A DNA stretch of 64,000 nucleotides. Source: an uncultured Gammaproteobacteria bacterium. Lineage in GTDB: Bacteria > Pseudomonadota > Gammaproteobacteria > Xanthomonadales > Rhodanobacteraceae. Below are positions 33,657 to 41,721 of this stretch, piece by piece. Both the position numbers and the translations under genes were made by a program. Below the pieces are notes generated by a model, which ran no database searches, was not told the origin of the DNA, and worked only from the letters and a program-made list of their open reading frames with translations. Within the stretch, counting starts at the first letter, position 1, and each line of letters opens with the position of its first letter. The DNA lies in assembly GCA_963758365.1 (NCBI GenBank), contig CAVWVB010000001.1, positions 248,428 through 312,427 of the forward strand. The letters run 5' to 3'.

Positions 33657-33818
33657 TCACGCCCCGATCTGCGGCGCCGGCGGTGTGGACATCGTTGCCG
33701 CCGGCGACGTCATGTCCAGTGCCATCTGCGTCAGCTCGCGGAACTTGCCCGACATGGATTCCAGCTTGGCGGCCCATTCGGCATCCGGGCTCTGGTCCGC
33801 GGTAGTCTTGTCGTAGAC
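33657..33818 (-). pseudogene. truncated duplicate of the 3' end of the membrane-protein gene at 35064..36065
   Basis: Reverse translation VYDKTTADQSPDAEWAAKLESMSGKFRELTQMALDMTSPAATMSTPPAPQIGA* aligns with the C-terminus VYDKITAGQTPNAEWAAKLESMSGKFRELTQKARDMTSPAAAASTPPLPRIGA* of the full gene. A TAG lies immediately upstream and there is no start codon. DNA homology runs about 33596-33820 versus 35003-35230. Confidence 0.75.
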
Positions 33819-34164
33819 CTATGTAAAACGGGTACAAAACGGGGCCGGCTTTGCTTACTGGCGCAATCCAGACGCAACAAGTGACGCTGACCCTGTTATC
33901 GGAAGTATCTCGCCGAGCGTGCTCGTTTCAAGGGTGTTGAAGTGTGCGGACAAATTGGCTTCGAGACCAACGAAGTGCACAAGTTCACGATCCCGCTTTC
34001 ATAGGCAGGAACACCCACAATCTGGCGTACGAAACAGAAGCACCGACGCCGCAGATCGCGCACGGCGCGATTCGGCACGCGGGTAGATGTGGTACCGTTG
34101 CGCGAATCCGCATTCGCGGCGGAGCTGCACAAGTGCCGTTTGTTGCGTGGCGTCGGAACCACAG

Positions 34165-34968
34165 ATGCTCAACTCGTGGCCGTATCGTGTTCCTTATGCA
34201 GCCCTTGGCGCCGGGGTCGTGCTCATCGCGCTGATGACCGGTCGCGCCGAAGCTGCTCGGCTTATCGTCGGTGGCGAAGCGATCGGCAATATCAACAACA
34301 ATTTTTCGCTCGAGGCAGGCAATATCGTCCGTTATGCGTTCGCTAACGGCAAGCCCGCAGCGGCTCACGAATTTGCGGTTTTTCAGAACGACAGCAACAC
34401 CATCGTAAAGGACGCAATCAGCGCCAACGGACACACGTTCACGGCATTTAGCGTGGCGCAGCTTTCCGGTTTCAACTTCAGCGACTACCGCGTGGTGATC
34501 CTCAATTGGGACAACTCTCCGGGAGATCTCGTTGCTGACCCGACGGCCGCTGCGATCCCTGGACTGGAAGCCTATGTCGCGGACGGCGGCACGGTCTGGA
34601 TACAGGGGGCCATACGGTATGACATGAATGTTCTTGCCACCAACTCGTTTGCGTTACCGTTCGGTGGCACGCAGGCGAATGATGGTGATTTCTATATGGC
34701 CAACTGGATCATCGACGCGGCGAACCCGATGATGGCCGGACTCGGCCCCAACCCGATCAGCAATGGCGAAGTCGAGAGCACATCGCACTCCACCGGTTAT
34801 CCGGCGGGCGCACGCATCGTGAAACGCGCACAGGATGAAAACGGCGTGGTCACGCTGTACGAGTATGAGCCGCCGGTCTTCGCCAACGGATTCGAGACTC
34901 AGAGTTTGGCCCGACCCACTTCGATCACCCGAAAGCTGGCGTTGGGACCTCTGCTGCTGATCGACTAG
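34165..34968 (+). CDS. hypothetical secreted protein
   Basis: Start MLNSWPYRVPYAALGAGVVLIALMTGRAEAA (signal peptide) inside ORF 34087..34968. No family recognised with confidence. VVILNWDN...GLEAYVADGGTVWIQG hints at a flavodoxin/GATase1-like fold. FANGFE motif near the C-terminus. Confidence 0.6.
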   Translation: MLNSWPYRVPYAALGAGVVLIALMTGRAEAARLIVGGEAIGNINNNFSLEAGNIVRYAFANGKPAAAHEFAVFQNDSNTIVKDAISANGHTFTAFSVAQLSGFNFSDYRVVILNWDNSPGDLVADPTAAAIPGLEAYVADGGTVWIQGAIRYDMNVLATNSFALPFGGTQANDGDFYMANWIIDAANPMMAGLGPNPISNGEVESTSHSTGYPAGARIVKRAQDENGVVTLYEYEPPVFANGFETQSLARPTSITRKLALGPLLLID

Positions 34969-34976
34969 CCCGGCAC

Positions 34977-34995
34977 GGGGTCAGGTTCACTTCCG
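34977..34995 (+). repeat. island motif copy E1 (GGGGTCAGGTTCACTTCCG)
   Basis: 9 nt after the stop of the secreted-protein gene, same orientation as the other copies. Confidence 0.6.
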
Positions 34996-35000
34996 AATAG

Positions 35001-35019
35001 AACTCAGGTTCACTTTCAG
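35001..35019 (+). repeat. island motif copy E2 (AACTCAGGTTCACTTTCAG)
   Basis: Tandem to E1. Homologous to copy D at the start of the duplicated block. Confidence 0.6.
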
Positions 35020-35063
35020 CGCGCACAAATGCGCCCGCGCGGGCGTTCGGCAGACGGGATCCA

Positions 35064-36065
35064 TCATGCCCCGATCCGTGGTAGCGGCGGCGTGGACGCC
35101 GCTGCCGCGGGCGACGTCATGTCCCGCGCCTTCTGCGTCAGCTCGCGGAACTTGCCCGACATGGATTCGAGCTTGGCGGCCCACTCGGCGTTCGGGGTCT
35201 GGCCCGCGGTGATCTTGTCGTAGACCTGGATCAGCGCGACGGTTGCGAACGGGTCGATCAGCGCGGCTTTCAGACTCAGGGCGGCGATCACCGCGAGCGC
35301 GAATGTCCAGATGCCGGCCTCGACGTGGAACAGGCCGACAAGTGCAGCGATCGGGGCTGCGACGAGCAGCAGGATCAGCAGGGTCAGGCCCCAGATGATG
35401 AAGGTCAGGAATGCGGCATTCCTGAGTACGCCCTTGTAGTTCTGCGCATAGAGCACGGTGCTGTCGCGCGCGATCGCCCACGGATTGTCTGCCGCCGCTG
35501 CGCTGCTGCGGCCGCGCAGGATCTGCGCGAGGATGACCTGGTCCAGATGGCTGAGCGAGGTGTTGATCACCGCATCGACGAGCTTCACGAGCACGTCCAG
35601 CCCCGGGATCGGCAACCACGACGCGATGCTCACGGTCACACGATTGAACACGCGCAGGATGCCGCGGATCAGCTGGTTGAGGCCGAACAGCATCGACGAC
35701 GTCGCGAAGTGCTGCCTGACGATCGTCGTCGCGTAATCGATCTGGCTCTTGCCGGTCGGAATCGTGCGGCCGTCGAGCAGTTCGACCAGCACCGCGATAT
35801 GCCCGGCCTTGACCAGGTAGAGCAGGTATTCGCGCGCCCAGAACAAGAGGCCGCTGACGACGCCGAAGCCGATCAGCCCGCCGATGCCGGCGCCGGCACC
35901 CCCGCCGCCCCCGATCTTGCCGAACAGCAGACCGAGACCGCTGCCGACGCCGACCGCGACGACGTACGCGATCGTGATGCCGACGTAGACGACGGCGCGC
36001 AGTGCGATGAACGGCAAGGTTCGAACGAGCAGGCCGAAAATCTGGCCGGTGCGGAAATCAACCAT
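35064..36065 (-). CDS. hypothetical polytopic membrane protein with Gly-rich loop
   Basis: Start MVDFRTGQIFGLLVRTLPFIALRAV inside ORF 35064..36125. Several hydrophobic helices, GKIGGGGGAGAGIGGLIGFG loop, soluble C-terminal tail. No family recognised. Confidence 0.7.
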   Translation of the reverse strand: MVDFRTGQIFGLLVRTLPFIALRAVVYVGITIAYVVAVGVGSGLGLLFGKIGGGGGAGAGIGGLIGFGVVSGLLFWAREYLLYLVKAGHIAVLVELLDGRTIPTGKSQIDYATTIVRQHFATSSMLFGLNQLIRGILRVFNRVTVSIASWLPIPGLDVLVKLVDAVINTSLSHLDQVILAQILRGRSSAAAADNPWAIARDSTVLYAQNYKGVLRNAAFLTFIIWGLTLLILLLVAAPIAALVGLFHVEAGIWTFALAVIAALSLKAALIDPFATVALIQVYDKITAGQTPNAEWAAKLESMSGKFRELTQKARDMTSPAAAASTPPLPRIGA

Positions 36066-36505
36066 GACGGGCTCCAGTGCCTGACGAAGACGCGGATGCG
36101 GGATTGCATCGACGTCATTGTGCAATGGCGCGGTCGCAACGAGCGACCTCGCACGCGCCGGCGTTCCTTGCGGGCGGCCGCCGACCCCGATGCATGATCG
36201 CTCGACGCCCCCGCCAGGTCATGGTCCTGCCGATGGATTCCTTATGGGAAATTGATGGCAAGCCGAACGCGGTGCCACTCAAGCGGAAGGATTGGAACCC
36301 TGCCTCCGCCTCGCAAGGCAGCCCGCGATCCAACGAGGCGTCCGGGGCAGGCCTCGAACCCGTCCGTGAAGATCAGGCGGTCTGCACGCAGGAGAGGGAG
36401 CATCGCTCTGGATCAAGGCGCCGTTGCGTCCCTGAACCTGGCGTTCCCACGGTCTACCGTGTGGAGAGGCGCGGATGGTCCGCGGCGTAGCGTCCGAAAC
36501 GTGAG

Positions 36506-36838
36506 TTACGGCCGGTGAAACTGCGCATACGGGCAACCGGACCACGGCAGCGGCGCATGCGCGAGCGACTCCCCCATTACGCGAGCGTGGCAAACCCGGC
36601 AATGATTGACGTGTCCTGCACCGGGGACGACCTGCATGATCTTCTCCCATTGGCAAAGCTCGTACCCAGCCTGCCGGGTCTCGGAAAGCGTTCGCAGCGA
36701 AGATTCCTTCTGGGTCTCCCGGACGAGCGCCGAATAGATCCGTGCCTTCAGGCGGCCCGGTGCGGGCACGGCAGCTTCTTCACGATCGGCCAGATTCCGG
36801 AAGAACTGGTCGTCGGCAACTGCAGGCCGCTTATTCAC
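36506..36838 (-). CDS. putative soluble zinc-binding anti-sigma factor (ZAS-like HxxxCxxC)
   Basis: 8-nt overlap with the upstream ECF sigma gene. 110 aa with no TM segment. C62 ... H76-VNH-C80-RV-C83 fits the H-x3-C-x2-C zinc anti-sigma motif, although it sits C-terminally. Confidence 0.55.
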   Translation of the reverse strand: MNKRPAVADDQFFRNLADREEAAVPAPGRLKARIYSALVRETQKESSLRTLSETRQAGYELCQWEKIMQVVPGAGHVNHCRVCHARVMGESLAHAPLPWSGCPYAQFHRP

Positions 36839-37463
36839 GGTTCCACCTCCGCGCGAACTCGGCGCGCGAGCGCGCCAGCAATCGTTCCACCGCTTTTTCG
36901 CTCTTTCCCGTCATCTCGGCGATTTCGCCCAGGGTTCGATCGTCCCAGTATCGCCAGCGCAGAGTCGATCGATGGCGTTCCGGCATCTGCGAGAGAATTT
37001 TCCTCGTCTTGACGCCCACCCGTTGATCATCGACGTGCGTTTCGAAGTCAACGACCTGGACCGACTCTGGATGTGCGGCACGATCTTCTTCCCTTGCATC
37101 CTCCGGCGGTGTTTCCCGCAGCCGCCGACTGTAGAAATCCGCAATCTTGTGACGGGCGATCGCACAAAGCCAGGTCGTCAGGCTCGCTTCCTTTCGAAAC
37201 CGCGCAAGTTGAGGCCAGGCGGCAAGAAACACTTCCTGACAAAGCTCTTCGACGATCTCTTGCCGATCGATCCGGCGCGCCACAAAGCCGTAGACTGCAT
37301 CCGCAGTCGTCTCGACGAAAGTTGCGATTGCCTTGCGGTCCCCCGCGAGAACATCGGCGATGAGTCTATCCTGAACCGCCGGACCTAGAGCATTCGACCG
37401 CGCGAGGCCCGCCTGCCGTTCCGAATCATCGGTCGACTCCCGGAGCACGTCATCAGTAGCCAC
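36831..37463 (-). CDS. ECF (group 4) RNA polymerase sigma-70 family factor
   Basis: Region 2 (AVYGFVARRI..EIVEELCQEVFLAAW) and region 4 HTH (LRWRYWDDRTLGEIAEMTGKSEKAVERLLARSRAEF). Confidence 0.88.
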   Translation of the reverse strand: MATDDVLRESTDDSERQAGLARSNALGPAVQDRLIADVLAGDRKAIATFVETTADAVYGFVARRIDRQEIVEELCQEVFLAAWPQLARFRKEASLTTWLCAIARHKIADFYSRRLRETPPEDAREEDRAAHPESVQVVDFETHVDDQRVGVKTRKILSQMPERHRSTLRWRYWDDRTLGEIAEMTGKSEKAVERLLARSRAEFARRWNRE

Positions 37464-37704
37464 CGAAGCGAGTTCCCTGTCGATGACGATTACCGCGGCC
37501 CTCGGTCGAAGTTCTGTGATCGTGCGCTGGCATCGACATTACCCATGTTGGTTACCCATGCTAGCCGCAATGGGAAGAAGCTTCCCCCGCGATCATTTCT
37601 TCCGGATCCCCGTGCGATCGTCCCATGGTCGATTGTTCCGGGCGCAACAGCGGGAGGGCTTGCAGGCAAGTCCCTTCCCGTTGTTGCGCAGCAATTGCTT
37701 TCGG

Positions 37705-38865
37705 TCAGTGTGCAACAAGGCCGGTAGAGGCTCCGCTCAGCAAATCCGAAGCTTCATTCTCGATCAGCTGCAGCGAGCCGTCTGCGCCGACCGCAAACGC
37801 GCTGATGGTCCCATGGCCTGGATTGAGCACGTACAGGAACCCGTCGGTGCGGTCGAGTGCCAAATCGGTTGGGGCACTGCCGGCGCCGTCGTCGGCGACG
37901 ACGTCGTCGATCAACTGGAGTTGACCATCCGCGGACACGCCGTACAGCGACAAGTTGCCGCTCGCGGTATTGGTGACGTAGGCGTGATCACCTTCGCGGG
38001 TGACCGCGACCCAACAGGCGGCGGATTGCTTGTCCGGCAATGCTGCGGTGATGACCTGCGCGTGGCCATCGCCGGTCAACTGATACGAAGACACCGTGCT
38101 GCCACCCGGAGCGCCACCGTCAGCCTCTGACACGAACATTTGATCGCGACGCCCGAAAGCAAAGCCGAACGGCGTCGTGCCGGGCGAGTCGCTGATCGTG
38201 ACCTCACCCAGCAAGCCATTGCCGTCGACCGCATAGGTCAGCACCTTGCTGGTCGCTTTTTCGGTAACTGCGAGGAGATCGCCGGCGCGGTTGAATTCCA
38301 CTTGCGCCGCACCGGTACCGGTGCCGCTCAATGGTCGCTGCGAATGCGGGATCGGAGACAGGTGGCCGAAAGGATTCAGACGGAACCCCGCGAGGTTGTC
38401 GCTGCCGGCATTGAGCACGTAGACGATGTTCCCCTTGATGGTCACGCTGACCGGCTGTGCGCCACCGGACCCGGTTGTATCCGTGCGCAACAGAAAGTTG
38501 TCGAACACGAGGAACACCGAAACGCTGTCGCTGCCCGGATTGACGGCGAGCAACCAGTTTCCGGAATCGCTGAGACTAAGCGCGCCCGAATTGCCGAGAC
38601 CACTCCCGGTGCCGTTGCCTCCGGTCCGGAACGACCCACGCGGTATCAGCCGGCCATCGGACCAGCGCTCGAACGCAACGACCCGATTGCCCGCGGTTGC
38701 ATTGGTCAGGGTGTATACCATTCCGCGCACAGGTGGGTGACGCACCGCGCCCGCATCCTGAGCGCTCGCAATCAGAGGCATCGTCAGTGCGACCGTTGCG
38801 GTCAATGCGACTATCGTGGCGATTATCGTGCTGGAGAATTTGAAAAAATGGTGTTCGTAGGTCAT
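37705..38865 (-). CDS. secreted 7-bladed beta-propeller protein (lactonase / 3-carboxymuconate-cyclase-like)
   Basis: GGAGA SD favours the second ATG (38865). Signal peptide. Repeated blades: MVYTLTN..GNRVVAF, NWLLAVNPGSDSVSVF, NIVYVLNAGSDNLAGF, DLLAVTEKATSKVLTY, DQMFVSEA...STVSSY, DHAYVTNTASGNLSLY, GFLYVLNPGHGTISAF. Confidence 0.8.
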   Translation of the reverse strand: MTYEHHFFKFSSTIIATIVALTATVALTMPLIASAQDAGAVRHPPVRGMVYTLTNATAGNRVVAFERWSDGRLIPRGSFRTGGNGTGSGLGNSGALSLSDSGNWLLAVNPGSDSVSVFLVFDNFLLRTDTTGSGGAQPVSVTIKGNIVYVLNAGSDNLAGFRLNPFGHLSPIPHSQRPLSGTGTGAAQVEFNRAGDLLAVTEKATSKVLTYAVDGNGLLGEVTISDSPGTTPFGFAFGRRDQMFVSEADGGAPGGSTVSSYQLTGDGHAQVITAALPDKQSAACWVAVTREGDHAYVTNTASGNLSLYGVSADGQLQLIDDVVADDGAGSAPTDLALDRTDGFLYVLNPGHGTISAFAVGADGSLQLIENEASDLLSGASTGLVAH

Positions 38866-39058
38866 GAGGTTCTCCATCGCTGCCTGGAAAGGTCGACCCG
38901 CGAACGAAGCAGGTCGCTGAGGGTCCGACTCGATCCGTTACCGGCCGAGGCAAACGTACGGCTGGACGGATTGGCTCGCTCGTTCCATCGTCACCTTCGC
39001 CGCCGGTAGTTGGTCGCAACGAGAGGAAAAATCCCCCCGCCGCCGGAAAAGAGAAACC

Positions 39059-39080
39059 GGGGTCAGAGTGCACTTTTGCC
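39059..39080 (+). repeat. island motif copy B (GGGGTCAGAGTGCACTTTTGCC)
   Basis: Preceded by CCGGAAAAGAGAAACC. Direct repeat with copy C, flanking the LuxR-VOC gene. Confidence 0.8.
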
Positions 39081-39214
39081 GGCGGCCGCGGACCGTCGTC
39101 GGAGTAGGGTTTCGTGGCACACGACCGCAACCGTGTCAGGCACATTCTTCCCCCGAGGTTCCCGCACGATCGATCCAACCGGGTAGGGAAATCCACGATC
39201 CAACGCGCTAACGT

Positions 39215-39838
39215 GTGCCTGCCATGGCCAAGCCCGGACGCCCGCCGTTCGACGATGTGCTGACACCGGCCGAATGGAAGGTCGCCGAGTGCGTGCGCCA
39301 TGGCTTGACCAACCCGCAGATCGCGCGGCGGCTCGATGTCAGCCTCGACGCGGTGAAGTACCACGTAGCCAACGTGCTGCAGAAGCTCGGATTCGAGAGT
39401 CGTCTGCAATTGCGCCAGTGGCGCGGGGTCAGGAAAACCAGTGTCTTGTTCGGGAGGACGCACGCGATGAACCCGGAGATCCGCATCCAGACGATCGGCC
39501 AGATAGCACGCACCGTGCGCGACATCCGCGCCGCGGAAACCTGGTATCGCGACGTGCTGCGCATGACCCACCTGTATACGTTCGGCAATCTGAGCTTCTT
39601 CGACTGCGCTGGGGTACGCCTGTTTCTCTCGGAAGGGGAGGCGGAGGCCGCCGAGTCGATCCTGTATTTCCGCGTCGAGGACATTCACGCCGCGCACGCT
39701 ACGCTCGAGACGCGCGGCGTCACCTTCATCAACGCGCCGCATCTCGTGCATCGGCACGAAAACGGCACCGAGGAATGGATGGCGTTCTTCAACGACAACG
39801 AAGGCCGGACGCTGGCGCTGATGTCGCAGACCCGCTAG
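39215..39838 (+). CDS. LuxR/GerE-type HTH domain fused to a VOC (glyoxalase/bleomycin-resistance fold) domain
   Basis: N-terminus LTPAEWKVAECVRHGLTNPQIARRLDVSLDAVKYHVANVLQKLG (LuxR HTH). C-terminus IGQIARTVRDIRAAETWYRDVL...ILYFRVEDIHAAHATLETRGVTF...EWMAFFNDNEGRTLALM (VOC beta-alpha-beta-beta-beta pattern). Confidence 0.75.
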   Translation: MPAMAKPGRPPFDDVLTPAEWKVAECVRHGLTNPQIARRLDVSLDAVKYHVANVLQKLGFESRLQLRQWRGVRKTSVLFGRTHAMNPEIRIQTIGQIARTVRDIRAAETWYRDVLRMTHLYTFGNLSFFDCAGVRLFLSEGEAEAAESILYFRVEDIHAAHATLETRGVTFINAPHLVHRHENGTEEWMAFFNDNEGRTLALMSQTR

Positions 39839-39856
39839 CCGGAAACCGGGGAAAGC

Positions 39857-39877
39857 GGGGTCAGAGTGCATTTTCCC
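39857..39877 (+). repeat. island motif copy C (GGGGTCAGAGTGCATTTTCCC)
   Basis: 19 nt after the LuxR-VOC stop. Preceded by CCGGAAACCGGGGAAAGC. Confidence 0.8.
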
Positions 39878-40008
39878 GACCGGCCGACCGCGGCTGCCAC
39901 TGTCCGCGCAACGCTGAACCGTCTCTCCGCGGGCGACGCGGCTTGTCGAGCCTGCCATCCCTCGTTCGTCATACCCTGCAGAGGATGACCCTCTGCCCCT
40001 GAAGGAGA

Positions 40009-40464
40009 ATGACGATGTCCGAACGCACGATCCGACTGCACCGCGTGATCCGCGCCAGCCCCGAGCGCGTGTACCGCGCGTTCCTCGATGCGGATGCGTT
40101 GGCCAAGTGGCTGCCGCCGAACGGGTTCACCGGCCACGTGCACGAGCTCGACGCGCGCGTCGGCGGCAACTACCGCATGTCGTTCACGAACTTCACGACC
40201 GGCGAGGGCCACGCGTTCGGTGGCCGCTACCTCGAGCTGGTCGCGAACGAGCGCCTGCGCTACACCGACGTGTTCGACGATCCGAACCTGCCCGGCACGA
40301 TGGAGACAAGCGTGACGCTGCGCGCGGTCGCGTGCGGCACCGAACTCACGGTCGTGCAGGCGGGGCTGCCCGAGATGATCCCGCTCGAAATGTGCTACCT
40401 CGGCTGGCAGGAATCGCTGGTCCTGCTCGCCAAGCTCGTCGAGGCCGAGATCAAGGGACCCTGA
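40009..40464 (+). CDS. SRPBCC (AHSA1/START-like) domain protein
   Basis: IRLHRVIRASPERVYRAFLDADALAKWLPPNGF...GGNYRMSF...GRYLELVANERLRYT is the typical Aha1-like SRPBCC pattern. Confidence 0.85.
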   Translation: MTMSERTIRLHRVIRASPERVYRAFLDADALAKWLPPNGFTGHVHELDARVGGNYRMSFTNFTTGEGHAFGGRYLELVANERLRYTDVFDDPNLPGTMETSVTLRAVACGTELTVVQAGLPEMIPLEMCYLGWQESLVLLAKLVEAEIKGP

Positions 40465-40508
40465 AAGGAAGACCGCTGCGGGCGGTCGCGCGCACCGCGT
40501 CGTCGCGC

Positions 40509-41393
40509 TCACATCGACGCTGCGATGCGCCCGACCTCCGCGAGCACCGCGTTGCGCGCGTCGGCGTCGGCATTCGATCCCGCGTAGTAGGCGGTCACGA
40601 GCAAGGGCTTGCGGCCCGGCGGCCAGACGATCGCGATGTCGTTGGTCTCGCCGTGCATGCCGCTTCCGGTCTTGTCGCCGGCGTCCCAGCCGGAAGGCAG
40701 ACCCGCGCGCAGGCGTGCGCTGCCGGTCGTGCACGCGCGCATCCACGCAGCGAGCCGCGCGCGTGACGCGTCGGAGAGCGCGTTGCCGAGCAGCATCGCG
40801 TGCAGGCTGCCGAGCATCGCATCCGGCGTCGTCGTGTCGCGCTCATCGCCCACGCCGGCTTCGTTGAGTTCGGGTTCGGTGCGATCGAGCCGCGTCTTCG
40901 CGTCGCCGAGGCTGCGCGCGAACGCGGTCACCGCGGCCGGCCCGCCGAGACTCGCAAGCAGCAGGTTGGCCGCGGTGTTGTCGCTCAGCGTGACCGCGGC
41001 CGCGCACAGCGCATCCACGCTCATGCCGGGCGCGCCGACGTGCCGACGGGTCACCGGTGCGTAGGCGAGCAGCGCGTCCTTGCCGAACACGATGCGCCGG
41101 TCCAGCCGCTCCTGATGGCGATCGACGCGCGCGAGCACCGCGGCCACCGCGAGCAGCTTGAACGTGCTGCACATCAGAAAGCGTTCGTCGCCGCGATGCG
41201 AAACACGCCGCCCGCTGCCGGTATCGAGCACGCAGACCCCGAGGCGCCCGCCATGCTGGCGTTCGAGCGCGGCCAGGCGCATGCCCGCGTCGGCGATCCG
41301 CTCCGCGCGCGCGGGGCGCACGAAAAAAGTGGCGTGGAGCGTGCTCGCGGAGGCAACCAGCAGCGCGTTTTTGAGCAGGTTTCGGCGGTTCAC
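40509..41393 (-). CDS. bla: class A beta-lactamase with twin-arginine signal
   Basis: STFK (CSTFKLLA), SDN (LSDNTAAN), EPELNEA (Glu166 loop), KTG (DKTGSG). Probable GTG start at 41393 with AGGTGA SD gives VNRRNLLKNALLVASAS (Tat-like RRxxLK). The maximal ORF extends to 41444. Confidence 0.9.
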   Translation of the reverse strand: MNRRNLLKNALLVASASTLHATFFVRPARAERIADAGMRLAALERQHGGRLGVCVLDTGSGRRVSHRGDERFLMCSTFKLLAVAAVLARVDRHQERLDRRIVFGKDALLAYAPVTRRHVGAPGMSVDALCAAAVTLSDNTAANLLLASLGGPAAVTAFARSLGDAKTRLDRTEPELNEAGVGDERDTTTPDAMLGSLHAMLLGNALSDASRARLAAWMRACTTGSARLRAGLPSGWDAGDKTGSGMHGETNDIAIVWPPGRKPLLVTAYYAGSNADADARNAVLAEVGRIAASM

Positions 41394-41721
41394 GAGATCA
41401 CCTGGATGGTCGGAGCGGGAAGGGCGCGCAGCGCGCGAGCGCAATCCTCGCCTTCATCGCGGGCATTGCGGCGGCGAAAGCATGGCGCAACACGGGCGAA
41501 ACGCGGGCCAGCGTACCGTTTCGCGACAGCCGCGATGCGGCATTGCGCGCGTCTGCGGACACGGTCTTGCAGCGCACCGGGGCGCCGGACGCGACCTCCG
41601 CGCGCGGACCTCGCTCCCGTTCGCGCGGTTCTGCGCGGCGTCGAGCGCGTGCGGTCCCGATCGCGAAGCCCGCAACGCTGCTCGGCCCGATCGCGCGCGG
41701 CGCCTTGATCGCGGAATCGCC

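Noticed and set aside
36132-36143. 12-nt identity GGTCGCAACGAG shared with 39012-39023, as a possible common operator
   Set aside because: My back-of-envelope estimate is that many 12-mer coincidences are expected by chance in a 64-kb GC-biased window, and the flanks do not align.
31530-39877. Integron cassette array, suggested by ORFs each followed by a similar repeat
   Set aside because: There is no intI integrase and no attI. The repeats lack the R''/R' GTTRRRY core-site architecture and imperfect-palindrome length of attC. A large block is on the opposite strand. It is kept only as a 'cassette-like' observation.
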